From: Iphione sp. A-MEVVRFRX5
Taxonomy: Eukaryota
Assembly (NCBI GenBank): GCA_976226885.1
Contig: OZ320321.1
Span: forward strand, 27,962,001-28,026,000
Length of the DNA: 64,000 bases
Reading direction: 5' to 3'
Part shown: in pieces, positions 9,053 to 21,960 of the stretch
Numbering within the stretch: the stretch's first letter is position 1
Layout of the letters: each line of letters begins with the position of its first letter
Notes under the pieces: generated by a model
Seen by the model: only the letters and a program-made list of their open reading frames with translations
Told to the model about the DNA's origin: nothing
Database searches by the model: none
Translations under genes and position numbers: made by a program

Positions 9053-10339
9053 GTGTGCGCGCGCGCATGTGGGGATGGATTTGTGCATGTACGTACCTTT
9101 GCCTGTGTGTAAGTGTGTGTGTGTGTGCCTGTATATGCGCCCTACCTGGCATGATCAACGTCGCTCCCCCCCTCCCACCACAGCCCCTCTCCCTCCCACA
9201 GACACATCCCATCTCTGATCTGTCACCATGGAGGAAGTATGGACCCGACCCATACGGTAATGTCGCCGACGACGACTGACTCGAGCTGACTAAGCAATTT
9301 TCCTCGTCCAATAACTCTTGGTAGCGGGGAATCTCCCGGCCTGACCCCCTCCACCCACACTGCTTAGTTTCCGTTTGCTGCCTAAGAATTTTCCTCCTGG
9401 TTTACCTTGTGTATACCTCCCTGACGTCAGAGGACGGTCGTCAGCGTTCCTTACTCTCACCATATGCAAATATATCCCTTAGAACGAAGGAAACGTCTGT
9501 ATCGAAAAAAATTTATGGCCTGAGGCCACTTTTTGCCGAACGGTTTTCTTTAGAAATGATTGGAAAACGGAAAGAAGCAATACAAACATATACACCTACA
9601 AGGATATAATTGAGGATATATAAATTCCCAGTCCAGATGAAGTGGGAACACATGAAAAACACTCCTGAAATAATAATAATATACCTCCCAGAGATTTCAA
9701 GGAGCACATCTACTTTGCTAACAGAGTTATACCTATTTGAATGTAAAATGCACTCTTCACACAGCGTTCTGCTCTGATCTCAAACTGACACCTACTTTCC
9801 TTATTTGCCTTGGCTCGCGTCGACAAGACTAACACGGAGGACAAATATAGCAAAACAGTGCTTCCAGGTAAAGGCCATATATGCATGCCCCCTTATCAAA
9901 ACGGTGTATGCAGGTGAGCAGGATCTGAGCCCAAATGTTTAGGAGACCCCCCCGCCCCTCCCCCCAACCAGTTTTGCAATAACAACAGTACTTAGGGGCA
10001 GGGAACTCTTCCCCTCCTCTTTCAAGGTTTGACGATCAGATGATGTTGAATAGTGCAGAAAATATGCAGACCGTAATTGGTGAATTTCATCATTTTTTGT
10101 CGCAGTCCCAGAGAATATATGGTAGAAAAAGTATTTCAATGGAAAACAAACTTTTCAAAAAATTGGTGGAAATGAACAATCACTTTTGAAAATTTCCATA
10201 TGACTTGTACATTTTCCAGAATGCAAAGAAATTATTTACGATCATATGAGAGTTATTATAATCATAGAAAGATATATATTTATATATATGGACACAAAGA
10301 CATGGAAGAATCAGCTCGAACTGTTTATGATCAGTACTC

Positions 10340-10935
10340 ACTAATAGGTCCATAATAGGCCTGTAATGTCACACTGCCTATTGACACATCCATATTTTTA
10401 CACTGTCTCAAAACAGGTCCATACATTTACATCTCCTACTGATAGGACTATACTGTCACACTGCCTCATAACAGGGGCATAACTGTTACACTACCTATTG
10501 ACAGGTCCATACTCTTACACTGTCTCATATAAGGGTCCATACAGTTACACTCCATACTGATGTTTATATTTTTTCACGCCCTAATAACAGGTCCATACAG
10601 TTGCAGTGCCTCATAACAAGTCCATATAGTTACACTGCCTAATAACAGATCAATGCGGTCACAGCTCCTATTGATGTTAACACTGTTTCACTGTCTAGTG
10701 AAGGCCAATACAGTTACAGTGCCTAATAACAAGTCTATAGTATTACGTATATTGCCTACTGACAGGCCCATACTGGTACAATTCCTGCTGATGTCAACAC
10801 AGTGACACCCCCCTAATAACAGGTCCTCATTGTTACATTACCTCACAGGAGGTAACACTGCTATGCTGCCTAATGACAAGTGTATATTGTTAAAGTAAGT
10901 GCCTAATAATGTTCAGGTCCATACTGTTAAAATGC
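10340..10935. repeat. 29-bp minisatellite (consensus ~CTAATAACAGGTCCATACAGTTACACTGC), ~20 degenerate copies
   Basis: Units counted at 29 bp around 10465-10650. Confidence 0.85.
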
Positions 10936-12044
10936 AGAATGAGCCTTCCCAAAAACGGTCTTACCTAATGTAACCTGTCAAAAGTACATTAACAACCTGA
11001 TCTCGCCTTACCCAGCCTACCTGACCCATCCTTACATAACTTAAAACGAAATTCTACTTAACCTAAGTATCCTTGTCTTAATTTACCTTATGTAACCTAA
11101 CTACCTCTAAATAATTACCTACCTGCATAATCTAAATTGCCAAGCCTACTCTATCGTACCTGCTCTAACTATACGAAATGTAGCTCAGCTACATACATGT
11201 ATTTATTGTATCCATTTGTCGTTCATATAAAAAAAATACATATCTCTGATAGCAAGACTGTTTAAACGTTTGTACTGTAATAAAGGCTACGAACCACAAC
11301 TGTTTCCAGAGTTTGGCATTTATTCAAGAGATAATAAAGAGATATGGCTTACACACGAGCTTTCGTCCGTCAAGTGCGGACTTCTTCAGGTGACCATATT
11401 TAAACGTTTGTATTGCACACTTTGCACTGCACACCTTGTAGAGCACATTTTGCAATGCCATAAAAATTTAATGTACAAAAAACCCGTTTCTCTCGTTTAA
11501 AATCAACTGCGCAGGGATACAATGCATGAAACGGTATCAAAAGGTGCCGGAATAATTTAGTGCGCTCGGTCAATATACCAGTATTATATTGAATTTGTCC
11601 TGCGAGCTCGTTCAATACAAAACGAGTACATATCAATCTGAACAACACCTTATATCTGTGCCCTATGGTAGTATTATCAGTAAGTCCTAGGAGTTTAACA
11701 TGAGGCTCAAGTACACACTGGCTCAAATGGGTACGTGTCGCTCTGTGAGCCATATAAGGAATTTAAAAAGGAAAGGACTGACAAGCACAATCGTCGACAC
11801 GAGGACTCCGTGGACAGACAAACAAGACCCTGTGCTGGGCGAGCAGGCTGCGACGTGAGTGGGACTTCGGACTGAATCAATAGGCCGTGCGGCACGCAAA
11901 CAACCGGACCTCTCCAGGGTATCATCCCACAGGTCAGAGCAAACAGCTCACAGCTAATCGGCCATGTCTGCGGGTAACCAAGCTACTGGTCCATCTTTAA
12001 TCACGGTTGGGATGAACCCGGTGCGCGCCTTTTAGAGAGCTACT

Positions 12045-13144
12045 CGGACGTGCTGACGGCCCGCACCTGTCATTGGGTTACACACAGGTAGTGATGAGTT
12101 CCATGGATGGCCCACACCTGTCAGTGAGTTACTCAAGGGTAAGGATGAGATGCATGGATGGCCTGCACCTGTCAATGAGTAACTCAGGGTGGGTGATGAG
12201 AGGAATGGATGGCTTACATCTGTCAATGAGTAGACAAGGCTGGAGATAAGTAGAAAGGAATGCCTGTACCTGTCAGTGAGATACTCAAGGGTATTGATAA
12301 GTTCCACTGATGGTTTGTAACTGTCGTTGAGTTCCTCATGGTGGGAGATAAGCTCAAGGGATGGCCTGCATCTGTTAGTGAAATACTCAAGGGTGAGAGA
12401 TGAGTTTCACGGATGGCCTGTGCCCATCACTGATTTATTCAAAGGTAGAGGTGAGTTCCATGGATGTCATTTCCATGGAAATAAGCGGAATGGATGGCCT
12501 GCATCTGTCAGTGAATCAACAAAGGTGGGGGGATGAGGGGAATGGATGGCCCACTCATGTTAATGAGTCACACAAGACTAGAGATGCATGGAATGGATCA
12601 TCCATACCTATCCGTGAGGTACTCAAGGTTATGGATGAGCTCCATGGATGGCCTGCACCTGCCACTGAGTTACTCAAGGGTTAGAGATGAGTTTCAGGGA
12701 TGGCCTGCACCTGTCAGTGAGTTACACAAGGGTAGAGATGAGATCCATATATGGTACACACCTATTAGTGAGTGCTCAGGATTAGAGATGAGCTCTACGG
12801 ATGGCCCACAGCTGTGAGTGAGACACTCAGGGCTAGAGATGAGCAGAAGGGATGGCCTGGACCTGTCATTCAGTTACTCAATGGTAGTGATCCATTCCAT
12901 GGATGAGCAGTGACCGTCACTGAGTTACTCAAGTGTAGGCATGAGATCCATGGATGACCTGCACCTGTCAGTGAGTACTCGAGGTTAGAGATCAGCAGCA
13001 TGGATGGCCTGCACTTGTCACTAAGTTACTTAAGTAAAGTGATGAGTGGAATGGATTGCCTACACCTGTTAGTGATTCTCACAGGATGGGAGACGGGTGG
13101 AAAGCATGGCTTGCACTTGTCAGTGAGTCACCCTGGGTAGGCGA
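12045..13144. repeat. ~51-bp satellite array, left arm
   Basis: GATGGC anchors at 12106, 12157, 12208; consensus GATGGCCTGCACCTGTCAGTGAGTTACTCAAGGGTAGAGATGAGTTCCATG. Confidence 0.92.
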
Positions 13145-15089
13145 TTTTTTTTCTTTATTTGCAACAGAACACATCATCAACCCGAAGGCTGTTATCCTGC
13201 TGGCCTGCCTATCTTGTTGGTTAATAGGGTTAATATATTAGTATGTCTAGCTAACAGGCTGATTGCCATATTCAGTAAATAGGTGTTACATAGACTTGCA
13301 GAATACAGTAATATTGTCGATAATGTAGTTAAAATGCTATAAATGGGGCCTGTTACTTGAGTTGTTAGGATATTAATCGCCAAGTACAGGGCTTTCTTTT
13401 GTTTCAATAATAACTATAATAACAATGGATATTATTATCAAACATTTAACCCCTTCCAGACTGGCCATAGGCTTATCGGCCATATTTGGCAGTTAAGCCT
13501 ATAGACACTTCAGCTGCAGCTAATGTAACATATGAATCATAATTTCCTAGGTACATGGAAAATACAAGTCCTAAGAAGTATCAAACAGATTACTAGATCA
13601 AAATTAACAAAATTGCATTATGGGTAACTAATGTGAGGATTATGTCACTTTTACATAAATTATGGGCTAGCTAATAGGAAAAGTCAACATAAATCACAGC
13701 TATTAGTATTTCTTTGCAAATAGTGAACTACATTACAGTTTTGGAAAAATCTTTATAATCCATCATAATAGCCTACTAACTTGTTTAGTTTGAATTACTT
13801 TTAGAAAGATTTCTTCACTAATTATTTTGGCAATGCTGAAAACATTTTCAATCCAATAACTTATTTGGGGCAAGTTTGGGCATATGCAAGTGATAGTATC
13901 ATATCTTATCATATACTAGGCACACTACATGCATTGTGTTAGTAGATTGAATATTAAACTATTCTTTTGTAAATTCACATAAAACCTCTCTACTGACTTT
14001 CCTGGTCTAAAAATAATTTTGTAGTCATTTCTCTTTTAAAATCTGCTATAGAATCATAATCGTACCTTAACAACTTCTCTTTATCCCATATGTCTATAAA
14101 TTCATATGAAATGGTTCTTCTTGTCTGCCTTGTGTGTACATTCATTTCAGGATAATTGAAAAGTCCATATTTATTCCCTCTCAGATCGTAGGCTGCTTCT
14201 TTCAGAGTGAAAAAACTTTGATAAAAATCAGGGTAGATTCCTACAGAAGCCTTATATTCAGCAATAAGATAATGTAATTTAATCCCCCTGTTTACTGTCA
14301 TTATTTTTCTATCTTTATGCAACCTAATAGTATTATATCTTCTATCCAATCTACATGCTCTTTTTAAAATATCATTCTGTATTCTTTGCAATTGTTCAAG
14401 TTACTTATCTGCACTTCGTGACCAAATCAAATCACAGTAATCTAAGTGTGGTCTAAACAAACTTTTGAAAAGCATTAAATTAGTTTTTACATCCAGATAT
14501 TTGTATACAACTCTAAGTTGATAACACACCTTCTGTGACATAGATATTATATGCTGTATATGCAGCTTGTATGTTAACCACTCATCCATTATAACTCCAA
14601 GATATCTATAATAAGATACTCTTGTTATAGTCTTGTTATCTACTTTTATTTGGAGATTACTATTTATAATATTCGCATTAATAGTCTTATTAGGGAAGCA
14701 TAACATATATTTCGTTTTATCAATATTCATAGATAACTTGCTGTAATTCATCCAGTCCTTTATATTGGCTAACTCTCTGTTAGTTTCTTTAAAGATTTCT
14801 GTTATTTCCATCCCGGAGACACAGATTCCTGTGTCATCTGCATATGTCAATAAATAATTTTTAACTATTAGACTCATAGAATTAATGTACAGAATAAATA
14901 ATATCGGACCCAGTACCGATCCCTGTGGCACTCCTATTCTAACGTCAGATGTACTAGACAGGTAATTATCAATTTTAGCTCTCTGTGTAAATCCCCAGTT
15001 ATGCCAATCGATTCTAGTTTAACTAACAATTTTGCATGGTCTACTGTATCAAAAGCTTTTGACACGTCTATGTACGTTATTAGACTATA
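13145..15089 (-). mobile_element. 5'-truncated, decayed CR1/L2-group LINE (copy C) inserted into the 51-bp satellite
   Basis: Poly-T at 13145-13152; RT remnant YSLITYIDVSKAFD...PQGSVLGPILF...YADD...YRYLG; C-terminus homologous to ORF2-B; in-frame TAA at ~14401; small deletion and frameshift at ~14960-14985. Confidence 0.92.
13450..13925. mobile_element. Probable piggyBac-like MITE fragment inside the 3'UTR of LINE C
   Basis: TTAA at 13446-13449 followed by CCCCTTCCAGAC, nearly identical to the left end of the element at 48455. No right TIR found, so the right boundary is a guess. Removing it leaves a 3'UTR close in size to that of LINE B. Confidence 0.5.
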
Positions 15090-15099
15090 CGATGAGTAT

Positions 15100-15430
15100 A
15101 TTAGACTGCGATGAGTGGAATGGATGGCCTGCACCTCTCAGTGAGTACTCAGGGCTGGAGGTAAGCAGAACAGATGTTCTGTGCCAGTCAGTGAGTTACT
15201 CAAGTGTAGAATTGAGTTCCAAGACTGGCCTGTACCTGTTACGCACGGTAGATGAGCAAAAAGAATGGCATGTACCTGTTAGTAAGGGCCCACACCTGTC
15301 AGTAAGTACACCGGTCTGGAGATAAGCAGAAAAGATGGCTCCCCTCTGTCAGTGAGATACTCAGGGTTAGAAATGAGCTCCATAGATGGCATGCACCTGT
15401 CACAGACTTACTCAAGCCTGGAGATGACTG
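15100..15430. repeat. ~51-bp satellite array, right arm (degenerates toward ~15650)
   Basis: Same GATGGCCTGCACCT/GTGAGTTACTCA units resume immediately after LINE C. Confidence 0.88.
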
Positions 15431-17469
15431 TGCCTGTAAACAATTTGCTCTGAGTGACAGATGGTCATATCAGTCAGCAAGCCGGTGTAAGCTAGAAATG
15501 ACAGTGCCTGTCAAGATACTCAACATCAGGAGTAAGGGAGGCTGTGAGTGAGCTATTTTGGACGGCAAGTGGCATGCCTGTCAATAAGCTTTTACTAGTC
15601 TGAGGTGACAGTGCCTTTCAAGAAGCTAAGTCAGAAGTGACATTTATCAAGTGGCTGTTGTAAATCACGAGTGATAGCACGTGTTATTAGCTCCTCTAAC
15701 CATGAGGTGATATGGCTTTTCAATGGTGCCTTTCATCAAGTTTGTGTAATGTCAACGCAAGACACTTGCCAACAGGCTGACCACTCTTATCAACAAGCGC
15801 CTCTGCACTACTGACCACTAGGGTCAGCATGCCAACTAAAGCAACAAGTTGCACCAGCTGTGAACAATTAGCTTTATGTAACAGTCGAGTTATAGTGATG
15901 TGATTGGTATGCACGAAAGAAGGACACACATGTCATTGTAGTAAGAGAAATAACTGTGTATGTAAAGTGTAGAGGTATAAGGAACTAAGCAAAAGCCTTT
16001 TAGGAGAGTGCAAAAGTGTGCAGTTGAAAATTTTCAAGTACATTGTCTCTATATAGATGGCATACGTGATGACACCTAGTCTGTGGGAAATGTATCCTTA
16101 TTTATGTAAATTCTATCTGTTATGTACTGAGTAATGAGTGTAAAAAAAAAAAGCTATCAAGAAATATCTTGTGGGAACTTGGTTCTTTGTCCGACTGACG
16201 TCATTAAAATTGGATATCTGTCAATGCTTTGCTCTATGTGACAGCTGATGTGTCTGTTCATGTTTCGAATAGTTCGATAAACTTGTTTACCAATTTAAGG
16301 ATATATAAGCAGAGGAGTGCGCATTTCCTGCAGGACTCGCACATCTATGATCACAGGAGACTGTGCACAGTTAAGTTAACAACAACATAGTCAAATACAT
16401 GAATCCATTTTGTTCTATGCCTAGGCACTACACATAGAACGGATCAGTCCGCAAAATTAAGAATGACCCAATGCTCGTTCATCACTCCGCCGACCGTTTT
16501 CGGATCCGTCCTGTGCGTGCTGCTCATAAACTCCAAAGAAATACTACAAAGTGCACGAATGTCCGGCCTCGTGCTGCAATAGCCCCAGCTATGACCCCAG
16601 CTGACTGCCAAGGCCTGTACCTGTTACCACCAGAGCCTTCCTGCCAATCCACTGTTGCCATCCGGTGTTAAGCAGCACGAATAACATCAACCCATGTACC
16701 TTGCATCAGGTAATTTCCTCAACGATGACCCAGGAACCAGCCACAATATATACAAATCTTATGTTCTCAGCTGACCTCGGGTAACCCTGTTCTCTAAAGC
16801 TGACATCTCCGCTACAATACACACACGGTTCGGATTTCTTCTTTTGTACCGCAGAAGAAAAACGCATCAGCAAACCAACTGATGCATGCCATTCGTGGCC
16901 TGGTGGAAGTTCTTCCGCAAATCTAACTTGGTGTAGAAGCTCTGTATGAACAGATGATACATTATTATGATGGCAGTATTTTACTGTGTAGCCCATATGG
17001 GGTAGTGTAAAAGTCTGACTGGTCTGTCCTGTGCGCTTCTGAGTGAGCATCTTTGTCTGTCTGTAAACAATCCTGGGTATGTATACGATGACCAGTGCAA
17101 GAGGTCCCTTTGATCTGCAGGACTGTGTGTCTGTGCCGGGCATCTGTGTAGTGAGTGTGCGAATTCGTAGGTGCATCTGTTGTATTATGTCTAGAAAATG
17201 GGGACGAAAGGTTTATTCAAGAGTGTTTTGGAAATAAGCAAGGGTGTTTGTTGTAAAGTGGGGAGATATATGGCTATAAACATATTGTACAAGGAGGGTC
17301 ATGGTATAAGCATGAAGAACCCAGACTGCTAACAATACATTGTCAAGTAGAGTACAACATAAAACGAAATAAGAGACTGAGATTCATTGAAACTGTTTGT
17401 CTGTGCTTGTGTTTGTGTGCATCCGTGAGTGAGTAAGAGTGTGTGCCTTTGTATGTGGCCATGTCTTAA

Positions 17470-17770
17470 TGCAGTGGTTTACTGTGTGAAAAGTCTTGGG
17501 TGAATATAAATTGTGGTATAACAGCCTCTTTGGTGAGAAGGGCTGTGTGTAAGTCTTTGCTGTGTGTTTGTGTGTGAGCCTATGTGTCTGTGATTGTGAA
17601 TGTGTTTGTGTGTTTCCGTGTGTGTCTTTGTGCAATGCTGCAGTGTCTGAGGAGTCCTGGATGCATATATTGTGGTGTAACAGCCTCTTTGATGGGCACG
17701 GCTGTGTGTCAGTCTGTGCTGTGTTTGTGTGCGAGTCTTTGTGTGTTTATGAGTTGTGCGTATAAAGAGT
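17470..17770. repeat. ~160-bp imperfect tandem duplication in TG-rich sequence
   Basis: TTGTGGT(A/G)TAACAGCCTCTTTG at ~17511 and ~17670 with similar continuations. Confidence 0.75.
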
Positions 17771-19198
17771 CCTGCCTGCCCAGGTCTCCATGTGTCCCGA
17801 AATAAACCCAGAAATAAAGAACAGCCAGCTGTATAACAACTATATTTCATGTACATCATATGTCAATGCCTTCCTTTATTAGGGCAGCCAATTCCAGATA
17901 ACAGGGTACCTGAAAGTCATCTGTTGGGCGACCTGTAAACTACAAGCAAACGAACAGCCTTCCTTCAAACCGAATACTATAAAACGGGATTTTAACATAT
18001 ACACGAATATTTCTTCCTTAAGATACGTCCATCCAGGATAGTGTGACACTGTATTTTAACATATACAATACCACTATTTGACAGTTTTGAAAAGCCTTAT
18101 TCCTTGTTAAAAATATGTTTACATGAACACACAGCTTGTCGACGTGTTGCAAATGTATCCTGATTTTTTTATTTCAGTAGTTTCTACAGTAACATGACAT
18201 CAACATCCGAGATGCTGGTTTTCGCCCTGCTACTGGTGACTTCGCTGTAGAACTGTTTAAACTGCTAGTTTCGAGTAAAATACAGTTCACAATTATAATT
18301 GATATAGACAGTGGTAACTACATTCAGACAATTTAAAATACATGTATGTTCATGTGTGTTTACTTTCGGGGGGATCTATACAACACTACCGTCTAGTTGT
18401 GCTATACAAAAGTCTTCTGTTGGAAGACCGTATTGCAGCCCTGCGCTTTGCTGTACTTCCCACGTCAAGGCAGGCAAGCAGTCAGGTCAATAATGTAGTC
18501 AATTAATTCATTCTGGGCCTTTCGGCAAATGATTTATAATGCAGGCTTCGTATTTCCTGACTGCAGGAGTCAAGTTTATATATAATATATATTTCGGTTC
18601 TCGTTATGTTTTTTTTTCACAGCTAGATTTTACAACTACGATCATTCTGTTAAAAGCCCGAGTTCAATGTGAATCAAAACAGGTCTGCTTGGAAGGCTTC
18701 AGCTTTAAGCACTACAATACGGCTTCCACAACACACTGAGTTCAGTGCTGAAAGGCTTTAACAACAACCACTCTCCTGTCACAAATGAAGCAGTCCCTAT
18801 CGACTCAACCTCCACTACGTCATACAGCTTTGCTGTGTCTGAAATGTAGGACATACCTCCACCTGTATGTGTATATGAACACTCTGGGACTAATCTTGTC
18901 ATCTCCAGCGCACTGTCCCACAAGAGTAGTGCAACGAATAGTGCATATTCTAACTGGCGAGGAGGCTATTTTTAACATCCGCATTATTATACAATAGCAG
19001 CAGCTATAACTGAGTGATGCCCATCTGCTGGCTATCCACTATCAGTTCAGTCAGACGCACGTTTCTCATGGCTTTACCCCCCCCCCCGCCCTACTCATGC
19101 TAGCAGTGGTAGAATCCTCCAAGTCATTCCAGACCAGATCAACAGGTTCCTGGATCACACCATCGAAGTCTCAGGGAGAATTAAGCTATCACTGAGAT

Positions 19199-19331
19199 NN
19201 NNNNNNNNNNNNNNNNNNNNNNNNNNNNNNNNNNNNNNNNNNNNNNNNNNNNNNNNNNNNNNNNNNNNNNNNNNNNNNNNNNNNNNNNNNNNNNNNNNNN
19301 NNNNNNNNNNNNNNNNNNNNNNNNNNNNNNN
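19199..19331. other. Assembly gap (other N runs: 21275-21415, 29580-29715, 34855-35057, 48163-48346)
   Basis: N runs; several are flanked by low-complexity repeats. Confidence 1.
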
Positions 19332-21259
19332 GCTAAAGAAACTGTTACAGGACATTTGCATATAAGTCATGGAAATCGTGCATTCTTATTGGTGTACGAC
19401 AAGAGCCACCTTGTTGTAGCTGGTTGGCCGAAAATTCGACAATTAGTCAACTGTCCCAACACTGGGAGGAGGCTTCGACATTGTCCTATTCTCACGCGTA
19501 TTTAATTGATCGATCATATTTCCTAGTGACGTTCTGTCAAGAGCATAGTGACGTTTGGATGAATGTCACTGATGACACATTTTCAAAGCATGCTGACGAC
19601 AACAAGAACAACAACAGTCAATGTTCTAGAGGCATCAGGTAAAATCTTTACTGCAGCTGGCTGTTATGCCATTAATTCAACTCCCGACCCCATCAGTACC
19701 TTACAGTACGCCTCCTCACCATACGTCTGTACATTTTCCTAGGTGGAGACTACATGCTAAGTGGGGAAAGCGGTTGTTGCAAACAAGGACAGGTGAGAGT
19801 TGGTAATGTCCATACCTGCCTGCAGAAGAGTCAATTGTTACCTGTGCCTCTGGTAAACCTGCAGAGCTCCACACAGTCTCATATAAACCTAGGTTTTCCC
19901 CTACTCTTGCCGTCGTTCCTACCAGGAAAAGCATGGCTATATGTGCAGACAGAGACAAAGATGGCGGAGGTAATGAGCCGCATTCTGTGTGAGGTACAAG
20001 AAAGTGATGAAATAAGTCATGTCAGGCAAACCAGTCTCAACCACCTTATAGCAGAAGATGGCGATGTCAAGTGTGTATGTTTGTGTAGTGTGTATGTGTG
20101 TACTGTGTATGTATGTATGTAGTATGTATGTGTGTAGTGTTGTGTGTGTGCATCGCTTATATGAGGAGTTCGTACGGTGAGAGCAAGTGTTTGAGTGTGT
20201 GTGCATGTATGATGTGGGTGTATGAACAGAGCGAGTGTGTATAATTGCGTGCATGAATGTGTGTACGGTAAGCATTAGTATGCGTATGAGTGTGTGCACA
20301 CGATATGTATATGCGAGTAAATGTATGTACATGTATGTGTGACTGTTGATTGAAGCTGGTTTGTGAATGTGAGTGCGCCTATGTAAATGTGTCCATGGCT
20401 ACATGTGTAGTGAAAGTATCACCGGAATATTCAAAGAGATATCACCTCTGTTGATATTCTACTGCAAAAGATGGAAGGGAGGGGGGGGCAGGCAAGAGGC
20501 CCCTCTAGGTATCTGAAATCCAACAGTATCTTATGAATCAGCTTCAATCTACTGGCTCCCTGAGAAGGTGGGGGAGGAAGGGAAGAGTTTAACGATGGTA
20601 GTACTGACATGTACAGTGATGCAGAATGGTTTTCTTAATCAGCCATCCAGTCATCTAGCATTTCTTACAGCTTTTTATCTAGCTTCTTTCTAATGAGTCC
20701 ACCGCTGGTGTCTGCAGAGCACCATTGATGTGTAAACACCTGAGCTCTAGATCCCCTAGTTTCAGAGACTGAGAGGAGGTGGGCTCGTAAATAAATCAGT
20801 AATAATATACATGTAATAAGGAACTATCTGCTCCAGGGTACACAACTAGATGTCTACTGCTCTAAATCACACAATGAGCTAATGGACGGCAACACTGGTC
20901 AGGGAAGGTGTCTTATATCAAAGGTAAACCGCCGCCCACCTTTGTCTACACATGACAACATGAGGCTAACCCTGCAAGCCTCATAGAGCGGTTACATACT
21001 AGACATCCAAGAGACAACAACAACAGGGCGCTCGTCAAATCAATCCACCCTGCCACCGGGTCCCCGTGCCTGCCAGCGTTCGCTCACCCCCTCCCTCCAA
21101 TATGATTCCCTTGTCGGCAGGTGGGGGCGGGGGGGCGGGAAGGTGGGTATCAAGCCTACAAAGGCGGCTCCCATCTGTGTGTTAGCGGCAGGCGTGAGTC
21201 TTCCCCACCTGCTGCACCTACTACCGTGCGATGAGGACTGATATCGTCAAGGTGGAACC

Positions 21260-21960
21260 TTCTAGAGGAGGGAGNNNNNNNNNNNNNNNNNNNNNNNNNN
21301 NNNNNNNNNNNNNNNNNNNNNNNNNNNNNNNNNNNNNNNNNNNNNNNNNNNNNNNNNNNNNNNNNNNNNNNNNNNNNNNNNNNNNNNNNNNNNNNNNNNN
21401 NNNNNNNNNNNNNNNGCAGCAGGAGAGGCAGGAGGAGAGGGAGGAGGAGAGGGAGGAGAAGCTGGAGGAGGAGCAGGAGCAGGAGCAGCAGATGTAGGGA
21501 GGAGGGGTTACGGGGGGGGGGTCATCGCATCTTCAATAACGCTTCATCAAGAATCCATAGTGACAATAACGCTTTAAAAACAGAAGATAACACTTTACCA
21601 AGAATTAATTCATTCGGGAGACAAATAACGATTCGCACTGCATTACAAAGGCCAATAACGCTTCACCAGAATAGTTGATCCCCCTGTGGGGTTTATGGGG
21701 AGGAATAAGGCGGACGAGGAGGAGAGGGGGAGCAGCAGCAGCAGCAGCAGGAGGAGGAGGTGGAGGAGTAGGGGACAAGGACAATGGGAAGAGAAAGGGA
21801 TGTGAGAGAGTAGTTGCACGAGGAAGAGGAGTGGAAGAGGAGGGGAGTGGCAGGAGCAGGAGCAGGAGGAGGATAAGGAGCGGCAAAGAAAGGAGAAAGA
21901 AGATGAGGGAGTTGTGGAAGAGACGTACGTAGGAGCAGGAGCGAGCTGCTGAGCATAGCG
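21260..21960. repeat. Purine-rich low-complexity (GGA/GCA/AGG) tract around a gap
   Basis: GAGGAGAGG, GCAGCAGCA and GGAGCA repeats visible. Confidence 0.85.

Noticed and set aside
8603-9311. ORFs of 114-161 aa rich in HT/CV repeats (also 17384-17859, 19937-20332, 42782-43165, 47676-48152)
   Set aside because: Translations of (TG)n, (CA)n and (GA)n microsatellites.
10950-11180. CCTAA/TAACC-like repeats as an interstitial telomere
   Set aside because: Highly degenerate with no perfect run; more likely low-complexity TE sequence.
11270-11925. Cys-containing ORFs of 72-117 aa left of the satellite
   Set aside because: No recognisable domain in any frame I examined; they may be TE debris but cannot be supported.
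12045-15430. Regularly spaced repeats superficially resembling a CRISPR array (also 10340-10935)
   Set aside because: Whole units repeat degenerately with no unique spacers; the context is eukaryotic and there are no cas genes.
19719-19818. 100-nt minus-strand exon candidate with good splice signals
   Set aside because: Open only in phase 2, incompatible with the phase-0 end of AK exon 2, and the peptide shows no AK similarity.
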